A DNA stretch of 59,181 nt, counting the filler, from Nemertoderma westbladi (Eukaryota > Animalia > Xenacoelomorpha), in NCBI GenBank assembly GCA_032718475.1. It is 2 parts of 2 records of this genome, joined end to end, with 100 filler letters (N's around TTAATTAATTAA, not from the genome) between each part and the next. Parts side by side here need not be neighbours in the genome. Positions count along the whole stretch, not along the records: positions 1 to 31,313 come from JAUCBJ010004008.1; 1 more part is not named here. One strand, written 5' to 3'. A model generated the notes under the pieces. It made no database searches. It saw only the letters and a list, made by a program, of their open reading frames with translations, and was not told the DNA's origin. Below, piece after piece: positions 1-12,729 of this stretch. The position numbers and the translations under genes were made by a program. The stretch's first letter is position 1. Every line of letters starts with the position of its first letter.

Positions 1-938
1 GTGAACAAATTGTCAAAACTACCAATTAAATTTACAGATCTCTAAATTTAATTTGAACTGGAAAATATAAATTTATTCAGAGTTATTTCTGAAGACTGAA
101 GTAAATCAATAAGTAAAATAATAATTTATTTCAATATATTCATAGATATATATTGATTTACAACTATAATATTATTATTCAATTTATTCAATGATTTGGA
201 AAGCATTGTGATAACATGGTAATTTAAACGGTTGACTGGTTACAACCAATAAATGCACCTGTCCAGTACTCTGTAGACAAGTTATCGATTTTTAGCAGTA
301 ATTTTATGTTTTCAAGAAGAAGTATTTAATATCTGGCAAGAAATACTGGACATAATATAATCATTAGCTGATTGCGGAGTGCTGGAAAATGTACAGTACG
401 ACAGTAAATAAAACGAAAACCTGGGAAGTTTTAATATTCTCGAGAACTTGCTTACATCAATAGGGCGAGCGACGCTGTTCGCCAGATTAGCATACTACGG
501 GCACCTCGGTTACAACCATTACCATACCATTGTGTGTCGGTCCATTACTATACCATTGTGTGTCGGTCTAACTTTATGTCTCTCTGTCTGTCGGCTAATA
601 ATTTAAGGATAATAACCTAGTCATTCTTGGTCAGTCTGTCAAAAGTTCGAAACAAGAATTTGCGAGGGAAGACTTCCTCCATTCTACGGATAAACTTGTC
701 AACTGTGCAGATACTGTAGTACAGTAGTACCGGTAGGCGTAAAGCTACGCTTATTGCTTACTTCGTCCGCTCTAAGGTCCCACGAACCTGTTTATTTATT
801 TATATAATATTAGTCAAATTTTGTAGTAGAAAATTAATTATTTTGTAATCGTAAAATTATACTTGCAATAATGTTAATTCGAGACCTATTGATATTTCTT
901 AATATTAAACTATGAATTATGATATATTATAATCAAAT

Positions 939-2072
939 ATGATATTTTGGTCAATAATTTATATTGTCATTGAGATTATCAACGTTGCCTTCGCTACCGA
1001 AACCGATAGCGTTAGGGCCATCCTCGAGGATCCAACACGTTACAATAAAATGCGAATCCCGAAATCCGGAAGAGATCCTCTTAGTATAGGAGTTAACATT
1101 GGGATATCTCACGTGGGTGATATCAACATAGTCACAATGACCTACAGTATAGCCTTCTATCTCAGAATATTCTGGCAGGATACCAGACTTATATCTACGG
1201 AATTGAATGATAATCAATCTACATCTTATAACCCCGAGATATTAAAGTCGCTATGGATACCGAGTATACAAATAAAGAACGCACTACAGTCGCAACCTTT
1301 TCTCAACCCGGAGACAAACGATAACATTATGTTGATAATTTCTCACCAAGGAGAAATATCATTATCAGTAAAGGTTGACACTAAAGTACGCTGTCTATTT
1401 GATCTAACAGACTACCCATTCGACACTCAAAACTGTAAATTAATTCTAGAAAGCCATTCTTATAACGAAAGCGATGCCAAACTTTATTTTACAAATGGCG
1501 GCGTAGAAGTTATTCAAGAACTCAATAACGAGAATGTCCCTTCCAATGAGTACAAGCTAATAACAACTTCCGACTTACACACGACTTACGGTACCGGAAA
1601 CTATGAAATGTTTGGTAATTATTCACTTCTTACTGTCGAATTTAAATTGGTACGTTTATTTACGAGCCAATTAGTGACCGTTTTCTTACCCCTAAACTCG
1701 ATTATCCTGCTATCTTATCTAACCTTTTGGATCGATCGCAAGGCTTTGGCAGCTCGCAGTGCTTTCGGCATAAATATAACATTAACGATGATGACACTGA
1801 TAGTAAACACGTATCACGACGTACCGAAAGTCCCGTACCTTCGGTCGATCGACGTTGTGTTTACCATCTCTATGGGATTCATGATGGGGTCCCTTATAGA
1901 ATTCGCGGTTGTCATTAATTTGGAGAAAAATTACGCAAAGGGAATTCAGTCGCACAGAAAGAAGATGGTTAATTCCGCGATAGTGGTTGAAAAAATAGCT
2001 AGAATATTGTATCCTGTAGCGTATAGTGTCAGTATGATCATTTACTACTCGATTTATGTTAAAACTTACTAA
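939..2072 (+). CDS. Intronless Cys-loop ligand-gated ion channel subunit, GABA-A/glycine (anion-channel) class, 377 aa
   Basis: Signal peptide; YNKMRIP; FYLRIFWQDTRL; LWIPSI; Cys-loop CLFDLTDYPFDTQNC (C-x13-C); M1 FLPLNSIILLSYLTFWI; M2 AARSAFGINITLTMMTL; PKVPYLRSID + M3 ..IEFAVV; M4 EKIARILYPVAY. Confidence 0.93.
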   Translation: MIFWSIIYIVIEIINVAFATETDSVRAILEDPTRYNKMRIPKSGRDPLSIGVNIGISHVGDINIVTMTYSIAFYLRIFWQDTRLISTELNDNQSTSYNPEILKSLWIPSIQIKNALQSQPFLNPETNDNIMLIISHQGEISLSVKVDTKVRCLFDLTDYPFDTQNCKLILESHSYNESDAKLYFTNGGVEVIQELNNENVPSNEYKLITTSDLHTTYGTGNYEMFGNYSLLTVEFKLVRLFTSQLVTVFLPLNSIILLSYLTFWIDRKALAARSAFGINITLTMMTLIVNTYHDVPKVPYLRSIDVVFTISMGFMMGSLIEFAVVINLEKNYAKGIQSHRKKMVNSAIVVEKIARILYPVAYSVSMIIYYSIYVKTY

Positions 2073-3325
2073 ATTATTAAATATTTAATATATTTTATTA
2101 ATTAAAATATATTGATATTAAAATAATGATATATTTTATTACAAAAAGTTATCATTTTACTCAACTGACTAGATAAGGGGGGGGGGGCTTTCGACGCTAT
2201 CAAAATTCATCCGTTCCACTCCAGGGGAAAATCGATGCAAATAACAGCTGATTACTCCGATAAATTAAACTGTAAACCTTAGTTTATTGTTTTGGTTAGA
2301 ATAACGTGCCACCGTAACCTTCTCTTTTCCCTAAATTGATAATTTTAGGGCGTAATACTTATTCGCTGAGATAAAATCAATCGACGCAAATCTCATCAAA
2401 ATGCGATTTGCCTCAAGTTTCCTCCCATGTCTCCAAATCGCAAATGATTTTTATTAAGTACATTTTAACTTAGAGGCACATTCAATGGAGAGATAATTTA
2501 GACTTTACATCTCTAGACGAGAAACTTTACTGTGAAACTAAACTTTTGCTTATGCTTTACCTAGTCGTTTGGTTACATCCCAAACAATATATTAATATTC
2601 TTAATAATTCAAGTAGGCGTAATTGCCTACGCCGTACCACTGCCACTAATACAGAAACCAAAAGTTCAATTAATTCGGTTAGTAAACTTGTGGATATTGT
2701 TAATTAAAATTAATGTGTAACTTTTTTTATTGCTCAATCAATTCCTATTTGTGAATTCCACAAAAATTATTAGATTTACCAGTCGTTACTATTTTGTAAT
2801 AAAATTAATTACTATGGTACATACAATGGTCAACAATTATACAAAAGTACTTTACGGTGTCCTCCATTATTTGCGCCCACTTACTAAGTGTAATAAGTAC
2901 TTACTGTAGTGTTACTTTAAATATAAAAATAAATGAAATGAAAAATATAATGACATTTAAACGCGAATTTTGAAGCATGTGAAACGTTCAATATGTTTTA
3001 CGTTTCGCCTGCTACTATGTTGTTCATTAACAGTCATGTTTAAATTACATCACTAAATAATATTTGTGCAGTTTTTAATATCATTTTCTATGTGTGTAAT
3101 AGTGTAAATAATTGTTTATTATTATATTTTTATTGTCATACCAAGAAATGTAGTTTATTCTCTTTTGGTTATTTACTTTTACACAAACTTTCAGCGATTA
3201 TCGCCCCAACATCCTTCAGTTTAACAAATTCTCAAGTAAATTCATATATTTACTAATATCCCCAACAGCTGGTTACTTGTTTCGCCTATAACTTGTAAGT
3301 CCCGGGTTCGCTTCCAAACAGAGCC

Positions 3326-4083
3326 ATATACAATTTCATAACACCCTAACAGAAACAATTTCATAACAACCTAACAGAACCAGTACAATTTCATAACAAC
3401 CTAACAGAACCAGTTACAATTTCATAACAACCTAACAGAAGAGGTTACAATTTAATTAACTCCCTAACCTTTTCCAGTTACAATTTCTTAAGTTCCTAAC
3501 AGAGACAGTTACAATTTAAAAACAGCCCAACTGAACTGGTTACAATTTCCTAACTCCCTAACTGAACTGGTTACAATTTCATAACAACCTAACAGAACCA
3601 GTTACAATTTCATAACAATCTAACTGAACCGGATTCAATTTCATAACACCATAACCGAACCAGTTACAATTTCATAACAACCTAACTGAATCCGTTACAA
3701 TTTATAACACTCTAATAGAATCAGTTACAATTTCTTTAAGTCCCTAACAGTACCAGTTACAATTTCATAAGTCCCTAACTGAACCCGTTACAATTTCATA
3801 ACAACCCAACAGAACCAGTTACAATTTCATAACACCCTAACCGAACCATTACAATTTCATAACAACCTAACAGAACCAGTTACAATTTATAACACCCTAA
3901 CCGAACCATTACAATTTCATAACAACCTAACAGAACCAGTTACAATTTATAACACCCTAACCGAACCATTACAATTTCATAACAACCTAACAGAACCAGT
4001 TACAATTTATAACACCCTAACTGACTCAGTTACAATTTCATAAGTCCCTAACCGAACCGGTTACAATTTCATAACACCCTAAC
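3326..4083. repeat. Tandem array, ~30-31 bp unit (CAGTTACAATTTCATAACAACCTAACAGAAC), ~24 copies
   Basis: Direct reading of repeated units; ends at the RTE (TAG)n tail. Confidence 0.93.
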
Positions 4084-5530
4084 CTACTACTACTACTAGG
4101 ATCGGCATGCTGCATTGCAGCTGCATTTTTAAGAATTATGTGCTTGTCGACAAAATTGCGCCGCCACAACTCCCTTTGCTAGATTATCCGCATCTTCAAG
4201 GCCAGTGTCATTTAAGATGCGTCTCAAGAAAGTCATGGGCTGTCCACCATGCTTATTCACTCCATGAGACTCCCAAAGCACAAGATTATGCATTGGCTGG
4301 TCTTCACGGCGATAGCAATGTCCTGCAAAGCGGAGGCGATTTTGTTCTAGTGTCAAGCTTGGAGGAATCAATGAGACACCTCCAATGTTATATAGTGTCT
4401 GGTTGGAGATGTGTGCATTGTACTTGACACAGTGAACCCGGCGTAGCATTCTTGTGAATGTACCACCCAGAGATTTGGTGTCCTCAACAGTTAGAGCCCA
4501 GCATGGACTCCCATAGAGGAGTACTGGAACTACTGCTGCTCTAAATAAACGGACCTTAAGTTTCCGATTAATTCTCGGTGACTTCCAAATCCAGGAAAGC
4601 CTATTCAAAGCTGCCCATGCCTTTTTATTAAGTATTCGAATGTCCTCACCTGACTTCCGGATCCATGATCCCAGGTAACAGAAGTCGTCCACATGCTCAA
4701 GCATACCATCCTTTGACCTTATGCTCATCCGGTCAGAGACTAGCTGAGAACTTTCAAAGTTAACTGTCAAAATTTTGGTCTTTTGGAGTTAATAAAAAGA
4801 CCAACACAAGCAGCCTGTTCTAATGAGCTCAGGAGCCGTTGGGGTCCCTCTAGTGATTCTGAGAGTACGCCTAAGTCATCAGCAAAGTCTAGATCAGTTA
4901 GGTACTTGGCAGGAGGGGGGTTTCCATTACCCCATCATCATTATGATGATATAAGGACATGCGTAGAACATGAATAAGAACTATGATGAATTATGAATAA
5001 GAATGGTGCAAGTGTGTCACCCTGGAGGACACCCACTAATACTTTGTGGGTCGATCTGTGTTGACATAAGTGATCTGTGTCAGTCATCAATATCCACACA
5101 AATGACGTCGAACCATCGCATAGTAATCTGATTGCTGCAATAATTTCATCAGGAATCACATATTATGAAAGTATGCTGAACAAACGTGAACGAGAGACTG
5201 AATCAAAGGCCTTGAAGAAGTCAACAAAGATAACAGCCAGATGTATGTCTTTCCTTATTTGATAACTCTTCAATTACCCTTTAAGCACCAGAATGGGCTC
5301 CATGATCCTACGAACTTTGTGGTTGGTACCCATTCTGCTTTCCACGAAGCTGTCTAATGGATCCCTGATGCGATTTAATATGAGTATATCATCTTTGCTG
5401 CAAACGAGATTCCACGAAAAGAACCATAGTGTTAGATTGCCCTTCTTGAAAACTGGCACCAAGTTATTTTTTTCATTTCTTGCGAGTCCGTTCGTTCTTG
5501 ACATGCCTATTATGATGGGGTGTATGACAC
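4084..5530 (-). mobile_element. Degraded, 5'-truncated RTE-like LINE (reverse transcriptase remnant)
   Basis: Minus-strand fragments in RT order: LVPVFKKG, FVDFFKAFDSV (~5190-5230), GVLQGDTLAPFLFII, YLTDLDFADDL (~4870-4905), FCYLGSWI, KVRLFRAAVVPVLLYGS, RLRFAGHCYR. Frameshifts and stops present. The 3' (TAG)n tail appears as CTACTACTACTA at 4084-4098. Confidence 0.88.
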
Positions 5531-6297
5531 TTTAGCATAAAAGGTATTTACAAACATAATCTTCAACATACGGAATTAATTAAAATCAGTGATTGGCTTT
5601 TAATCTAATAACTCGCTTTTAACATAAAAAAATAGAAATATTTTTTAGTAATCGGTATTATCCAAGCGAAAATTGAACAAGTTCATTTTAGATTAGTCGT
5701 GTTTTATCGAGATTCAATATTACCCAATCAGAGCATCGAATTCCTAGACTCCCCTGTGAACCTAAATCTCGACGCTCCCAATACCTACAATGTTGTGGGA
5801 TGTTCCTAACGAGAATTGGACAATTTCCTTTTAGGTTAGTGTCGAGTTTTACCGAAGTTCAGTATTAGCCAATCAGAGTATCCCATTGTTATACCCTTTA
5901 CTCTCTGAGTCTGAAATTTACAGGGTATCTACCCAGTTGAAAAAATTTGGAAATTAGTTAGAGCTGTTTTGAATCAAGCACTCGCTCACTCATCACTCAT
6001 TCTCTCAATCAACACGGATTCATTCCAGAGCTGACTTCCCTAATTATTGGACTCTTGATGAGTGGAATTTGATGTATCGTTCGTTATTTCAGAGTTGTAA
6101 ATTTACATTTGTTAATATCGATGTTAAATATTTCATATAACACATTGAGTCATTTTTTCAAGTAAGTACAAGTACACATAACAGAGTACAAAATAAAATA
6201 AAAAACCTCTACCGCTGCTTAATTAGATGCTTTACTGGAATTATTATAGCTATATCACGTTTTTAAATTGTCCTTAATTGCGTTGACACTAAATTGT

Positions 6298-6981
6298 TTA
6301 TGTGCCCTCTTCGTCATCATTTATCGCCCTTGTAAATACCATTTGAGTTTGACTTCCACAGCGGACTCTGTACCACACGGTGGTTGCAACCACAAGGTTT
6401 GCGAATAAACATATGAACCCCAAAGCCGCAGCAGATTGGACCAATCCGCTCGTGTGGACAGTCTTCCAATCAGAGTAAACACGTGCGGATACCACGTTTA
6501 GATTGACCAATAGTGATGAAGCAATTACATAAAAAGCAGATAGTATTAAACTTAGGGAAATCTCAACCCAATGCCATGGTATAACCATAATTTCTATTAA
6601 TGAAGTCAAGTTTATGAAAACAAAACCGAATGATATACCAATATTAAGAACGCTTACAAATATATACACGCGAATTCTCTCGTTCATTGGTAATTCTAAC
6701 ATACTGTTTCCATGGTAACGTCCAATCAACGAGTTGATTAGTCCAATAACCCCACAAGTTAATGACACTAGTTTAAAACAACCGGGTACAGTCTGTATGT
6801 AAGACGGATTGTATCGCAGACGAATTATGTTTGGAGGGTCATTTAATCTCAGATAATCCGGGTGTAACAAAGAAGGTTTGCGAGATTGTTGTTGATACGG
6901 CGTTCTTGTTTCATAACTAGTTGTTGATTTGCTGGAGTCGTTGCCTTGGTGACATAGTGGTTGGTCTCCAGTCTGGTTCAT
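6298..6981 (-). CDS. MARVEL-domain tetraspan membrane protein (CMTM/plasmolipin-like), intronless, 227 aa
   Basis: YIQTVPGCFKLVSLTCGVIGLI matches the MARVEL start motif (Y..T.PG.LK); four hydrophobic helices; PWHWVEI..S..LSAFY.IAS and SAAALGFI motifs. Confidence 0.82.
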   Translation of the reverse strand: MNQTGDQPLCHQGNDSSKSTTSYETRTPYQQQSRKPSLLHPDYLRLNDPPNIIRLRYNPSYIQTVPGCFKLVSLTCGVIGLINSLIGRYHGNSMLELPMNERIRVYIFVSVLNIGISFGFVFINLTSLIEIMVIPWHWVEISLSLILSAFYVIASSLLVNLNVVSARVYSDWKTVHTSGLVQSAAALGFICLFANLVVATTVWYRVRCGSQTQMVFTRAINDDEEGT

Positions 6982-7159
6982 TCTTATTTGAAAACGTCCA
7001 ATAGTAAACGTCCAATGGTATATAATATAGTATATTTAATGGTTTATAATTAGCAATCTTAATACTGTAATAAAGAATAATTATAAAATTAACATAATTA
7101 ATATTCGCGAAATAAAATTCAGCAGTGAATAGGGTTGGGGTTGGTGCGCGAAAAAAATT

Positions 7160-7960
7160 TTAGGCTAGAAACAATTGAATAAGGGGTTACAAAGTGCCCT
7201 GAATCGAGTGGCGGGGTGATTTTTTTTGAGGAAACGGTCGAAATGGCTGGTTTAAGAAAGCGCGGAAATCCAATCTTGAAAATCGGCTGTGATTGGCTAC
7301 ATACAGATTTGACGTCACTACAAAGTTATCTGATAATTATTTTTTATCTTGGTGTCTATGAACAGCGATTTTCGATCCATTCATAATTAATTGCACATTT
7401 AATCATTTCACACGTGCTTTACATCAATTGAAAGTGGATAGTCTTGCGCATCTTTTAGGCATAATTAATTAAATTCATGATGCGGAACATTGATCAAATG
7501 CTGTTCACAATTGTAAACATGACAAATTACCTGACAGGTACCCAAGCCTAGTACAGCAATTCCCTGCTGTATTGAGTACGGTAAGGCCTACAAATTAGAT
7601 TTACAGATTAATAATAACTTAGAATATTAAAAATGTGTACCAATCGCGCCGGTAGGTTTAGTCAACTTAATCATATTAAGTTGCACAATACAGCAATACT
7701 CACATATTGCAATGCAATAGACGTTGAGACAGGGTTGAGGCTTGGATACCGGTCAGACAGCTTTTTATCAATGTTCCTCATCATGAATTTAATTAATTAT
7801 AGTGACAAAAGATGCGCAAGCCTCTCCGCTGATTTTCAAAATTGACTTTCGCCATTTCGACTGTTCCTCATGTTTTTTTTAACAAAAAACACACCCGCCA
7901 ATCGATTGAAGGCACCTTAATGTTACCCCTCTTATTCAATTGCTTCAAGCCGTAGCAGCA
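7160..7960. mobile_element. Degenerate long palindromic (foldback/MITE-like) element
   Basis: CAATTGAATAAGGGGTTAC..GAGGAAACGGTCGAAATGGC (7172-7248) is inverted at 7851-7945; inner CTTGCGCATCTTTT..ATTAATTAAATTCATGATG (7443-7483) is inverted at 7780-7820. Confidence 0.75.
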
Positions 7961-8003
7961 TACCCCAATTGGAAAGTGATTGTTGTCCCAGGTGGATATC
8001 GTA

Positions 8004-8185
8004 GTTTAAAACAGAATAGAATAAGTATTGCGATTCTAAACAACATTATATTTCAATTAATTAAAACTAAAAAATTAAAAAATTAAAACTAATTAAAAAT
8101 TTCAATTAATTGAAACGTTCCGTTTTAATTAATTGAAATATAATGTTGTTTAGAATCGCAATACTTATTCTATTCTGTTTTAAAC
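8004..8185. repeat. Perfect 64-bp inverted repeat with 54-bp AT spacer
   Basis: 8004-8067 is the exact reverse complement of 8122-8185. Confidence 0.9.
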
Positions 8186-9044
8186 CAATTGGAAAGGTGG
8201 TGGACAGTCCATCACCTTAGAAACTTCACCTGCTGTCTCAACGCTGGCGCTGGCGCAGGGAAATCAGGCGCTGGGAAAGCCCTCCGGTTTATAGGGGAGA
8301 ACCCTACCGCGATCAGCTAACAACTGATGTCAGCCAATCACTGCATGCCGCCTGGGTCACCACATGATTACTTATGTGGTATAAGTCAGCAGGAATAACA
8401 GAGTAACATAAATTTCACCTTCGACAAATTTGAAGATGACAAAAAAGTAACAATATTTATAATTAGTATATGACTAGGCCTACTGTTATAATGTAGGCCA
8501 ACATCAGAATTTCGTAGAAATGTAATCTACTCCACTACACGGATACAATATACAAATCTGCACTTGGAAATAAAATAGAGCTAGCAAGAATTGTCGTCTG
8601 CATGTATGCCAGCTGTTTTACCTTTATATAACTATCTATTACTGCTACCATACGCCTACATTAGTATGTACAGTACTAGGAAACTGTATCTAATCCATCA
8701 GCCCGCAGGGTAGTGCAGTAGTGACTACGCAATATGTGATTATTATCTGGTTGAGTACTGAATCCATTCCCTATCGTTATTACAGAGGGTGATTCCTGGA
8801 AAGTGTTACCATGGATACTCGTAGCACATACCAATCTGGGAGTTTCTTGGATTCCCTGGGAGCAGCTGGTTGGGTTGCTTTCCTGCTGTTTTTACATTAC
8901 TTTGTTGGTTGGGGACTACTTACAGTATAATTATACAAAAGTTGGATTGAACATTGATTAGATATGTAATGGACTTTAAGATTACATAGATTACATAGGC
9001 TGGTGACGTAATGTATCTTCTATCCGCCCACACGCCATGAAATT

Positions 9045-9190
9045 ATGTCTGGTGATACAGCCTCCTGTCTGGTGATACGGCCTCCTGTCTGGTGATACGG
9101 CCTCCTGTCTGGTGATACGGCCTCCTGTCTGGTGATACAGCCTCCTGTCTGGTGATACAGCCTCCTGTCTGGTGATACACACTCCTGTTC
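9045..9190. repeat. Tandem array, 20-bp unit TGTCTGGTGATACRGCCTCC, ~7 copies
   Basis: Direct reading. Confidence 0.93.
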
Positions 9191-9199
9191 TCAGGATTG

Positions 9200-10106
9200 T
9201 ACGGTACTTTCTTCCAAAATTGACGTCTGCGAACTTTGTTCCAATAAAGGCGAACTTTGTTCCAATTGGATGCGAACTTTGGTCCAATAAATGCAAACTT
9301 TGTCCCAATGCTTATTTGCGAACTTTGTTCCAATAGTTGCGAACTTTGATCCAATTGCTGCGAACTTTGTTCCAATAATTGCGAACTTTGTTCCAATAGT
9401 TGCGAACTTTGTTCCAATAGTTGCGAACTTTGTTCCAATAGTTGCGAACTTTGTTGCAATAGTTGCGAACTTTGTTCCAATAGTTGCGAACTTTGTTCCA
9501 ATAGTTGCGAACTTTGTTCCAACACGCGTCGGACTTTGTTCCCCAATATGACCCTCCCCAAAAACCCTTCTATTAATTTGATGCCAGAATAAAACAAAAT
9601 AAAATTAATTAGGAAATTTTATTGTATTGTGAAACTTTGCTGGTTTTTTCCATTAGCTTACAGTGCGAGGCGAGACTTACGAGGTGATACGTTTGGGTCG
9701 GGAGGCTCCTTACAGGGAATGTACCAGTTTCATCTGTATCTCCTTTGCTTTCATTATCACACAGGTGAAGTGTGAACGTGAAAGTACCTATTTGGAAATA
9801 GCTAGACCCTGACGGCATCTTTATTAATTAAGACCCTAGACAGTGGTAGGCAGCTGCAATGTACTATTGCCCCAGGTATATTTCTGGTCAGTCTGTTTAA
9901 CTGGCTAATTAGCACAAAAAGCACACCCGTGTTCTTTCCATAAAAGTAACTAATTTCTATTGAAACAATTTTATCATCCCATTGGAGCAAAGTTCGCAAT
10001 TTTTGGAACTAAGTTCGCGTCTGTAATTCATTGGAACAAAGTTCGCATCTATTGGAACAAAGTTCGCAGCTGATCTACTGTCATTGGAACAAAGTTCGGG
10101 TAACTG
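9200..10106. mobile_element. Non-autonomous foldback/MULE-type element with inverted arrays of a 21-bp unit (GCGAACTTTGTTCCAATAGTT)
   Basis: ~14 units at 9228-9545 and ~5 reverse-complement units (ATTGGAACAAAGTTCGC) at 9981-10099. Confidence 0.7.
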
Positions 10107-10606
10107 TCAAACTGTCTTCAGTGGTTGGGGTTATAACAATCACCACACCCAGATAAACTGAGTCTATAAGAACGGCTAGAGCTTTTCAGTTCGTTGTCAA
10201 TCCGGTTTTTTCTTGATCCTAAATTGTTGTTAAAGTATTTTTTTCACCAGCAATCACAGCTGTTACAATATAATATAGAATAAAGAAATAAACGATACAC
10301 TTTACCATTAATTCCCGCATTTTTTTATTGATAATCCCGCCTGCAGGTTAAATTGCATTGAATATGAATAAACATTATATAACTGCACTGTCAGTTAGTG
10401 GATTAATGCTATAACTTTTAGATGAAAATATTTTTTTTACATAAACAATAATTAGCAATATAGCTATAGCAAACAGTACCATTAAAAATTAGTACGTACA
10501 TTGTAGGCGTAGGCCTACTATTAAAAGCGTTAGTCTATAAGTAAACTAATTAAAGTACACAGTTACGTATACCACGGCTGAGGAGATCATATAAAGCACA
10601 ACCACT

Positions 10607-11527
10607 CACCATGTCCCAGAATATAGTGTCGTAATTCTGTGACACCCCCCCCCCCCCCTAATTTTTCTACAAATCTTAATGAAATTGCATGAACTTTGAA
10701 ACAGAGATACAGTAGTTTCACCCCCCAACCACTGCACTGCTTTTCTTGGGTGAGCCAGAATTTTTATTTTTGCTTTCAATCTTTATAGCTACAAGCGTTG
10801 TCTCCAGCTATATTACACCAGTTACACCGCAGTTATTCTTCTACCTTATAGCTGTTTGTTGGTACCAATGGAAAGCTGGCCATGCAAGGATTCCAAATAT
10901 GTAACACAATTTGAATTTCGTTGAAAAATAGCTGAGATATGAACGTTCAAATGTTGCATGGTTATGCACCTGCGCGAGGCTATTTTATTCTATTTAATAA
11001 ATGCATCATATTCAGGAATATTTTGTTTATCCAAATACATAGCTGGGCAACAATGCATTACATCTTTAATCATACTATTACGTAGCTATTCATACATTTT
11101 AAAAAGTTCCAGAATATGGTTCATTTATTAAATAGAATAAAATAGCCTCGCGCCGGTGTAAAACCATGCAACATTTGAACGCTCATATCTCAGCTATTTT
11201 CAACGAAATTCAAATTGTGTTACATATTTGGAATCCTTGCATGACCAGCTTTCCATTGGTACCAACTATAAGCTAGGTACAGCTATAAGGTAGAAGAATA
11301 ACTGCGGTGTAACTGGTGTAAAATCGCTGGAGACACTTTTTTTAAACGCTTGCAGCTAAAGATTGAAAGCCAAAATAAAAATTCTGGCTCACCCAGTCAG
11401 TGGTCGGGAGGTGAAACTATCTCTGTTTCAAATGTCATGCAATCTCATTAAGATTTGTAGAAAAATTAGGGGGGGGGGGGGGGGGGGCGTGTCACTGAAT
11501 TACGACACTATAGTCTGGGACATGGTG
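10607..11527. mobile_element. Long palindromic MITE (TIR CACCATGTCCC...), family shared with 47888-48807
   Basis: Near-complete ~430-bp inverted arms with poly-C/poly-G tracts; the right end GGGACATGGTG is followed by TA. Confidence 0.85.
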
Positions 11528-11784
11528 TAGTGTAGACATATTCTACATATAATAGTAGACTACAGTACAGTAGATGACGGTAGCAGAATAGCTAAAACTC
11601 TACGTTTATAATTATAAAAGAAACACTGATAAATTAAATCAACAGGAATCAACAGGCGCTATTTTATGAATTTTTTTATGATACAGTACATAGTGAAAAC
11701 TTTCAGAACTATTGCTGTGACTGCCCCGACACTACTGTATGTGACTAATGGTATTTCAAACTCCGGTACAATAAGCTGCAGCAG

Positions 11785-12100
11785 CTGTGGGGCGAGCCAC
11801 GAAGTGAGCGAAGCCTTAGCATATGGGTGCCATTGGCGAGTTGTCTGTCGTCGTCGTCATAAATTTTTGATCGCTAAGAATTCGGTTATTCCTTGATGAA
11901 ATTAAACGAAACTTGGTACGTACGTAGTCAAACAAAAGTTTAGAAAGAATCCAAAGTTTGGTCAAAAACCAACGAACACAACGAGGCACAAGAGGAGGAC
12001 GAGTATTGTGTTGAAGACCTATGACTAACGGCAGACAACTCGTTAATGGTGTCAATATGCTAAAGGCTTTGCTCACTTCGTGCTGCGCGAAGGCCCCACG
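11785..12100. repeat. Short degenerate palindromic element
   Basis: CACGAAGTGAGCGAAGCCTTAGCATA..CGAGTTGTCTGTCGT is inverted by ACGGCAGACAACTCG..TATGCTAAAGGCTTTGCTCACTTCGTG. Confidence 0.7.
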
Positions 12101-12314
12101 AACGTGTTGTTGTGCTCCTACTGCAGTATTTAGCCAACTGTACAAAACTCAGATTTAGAAAAAAACTGCTATGTTTAACTTTACAAAAAATATAAACAGC
12201 CTAGCCATGGCTGGCCATCCACCTCACCAAGATTCGTAGCACACAAAGCCAAGTCTAAATTATGTAAAATTTACATATTTAACGAGTTAAAGGCATTATT
12301 GGGATTTCTTGTAA

Positions 12315-12699
12315 GGGGCCGTCCAAGTATGACGTCTGCACTTCTCCCCAAAATGTTGACCCCCTCCCTCCCCTAAATCAGATGTCATCAGATAGGCGTT
12401 GACCCCCCCCCCCCCCCCCACCCTAAATCAGATTAAAAAAAATTTCGCGTCCTAATCACTGAAACATGGTGACTGGTAACTGAAACAGAAGGTCGTGCTA
12501 CGGGCCTTCGGGGGCTTCGAACAATTAAAATAGGCAAGCTATTTACTCTTCTGCTATATCTCTTCTAGCACCTATAAATGAACATGCTGACGTCAGATTT
12601 TGGCTGACCCCCTCCCCTCCCCCCATCAGCACGTCATCAGATTTTCCCAACCCCCCCCCCCCCCCCCCTAAAGTGCTGACGTCATACTTGGACGGCCCC
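12315..12699. mobile_element. PIF/Harbinger-type MITE
   Basis: TIR GGGGCCGTCCAAGTATGACGTC...GACGTCATACTTGGACGGCCCC flanked by TAA on both sides. Confidence 0.88.
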
Positions 12700-12729
12700 T
12701 AACAGCATGTAGAGTGCGGTACCTTACGG

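Noticed and set aside
8991-9597. LEQSSQL heptad coiled-coil ORF
   Set aside because: Translation of the 21-bp TIR array and the adjacent 20-bp repeat.
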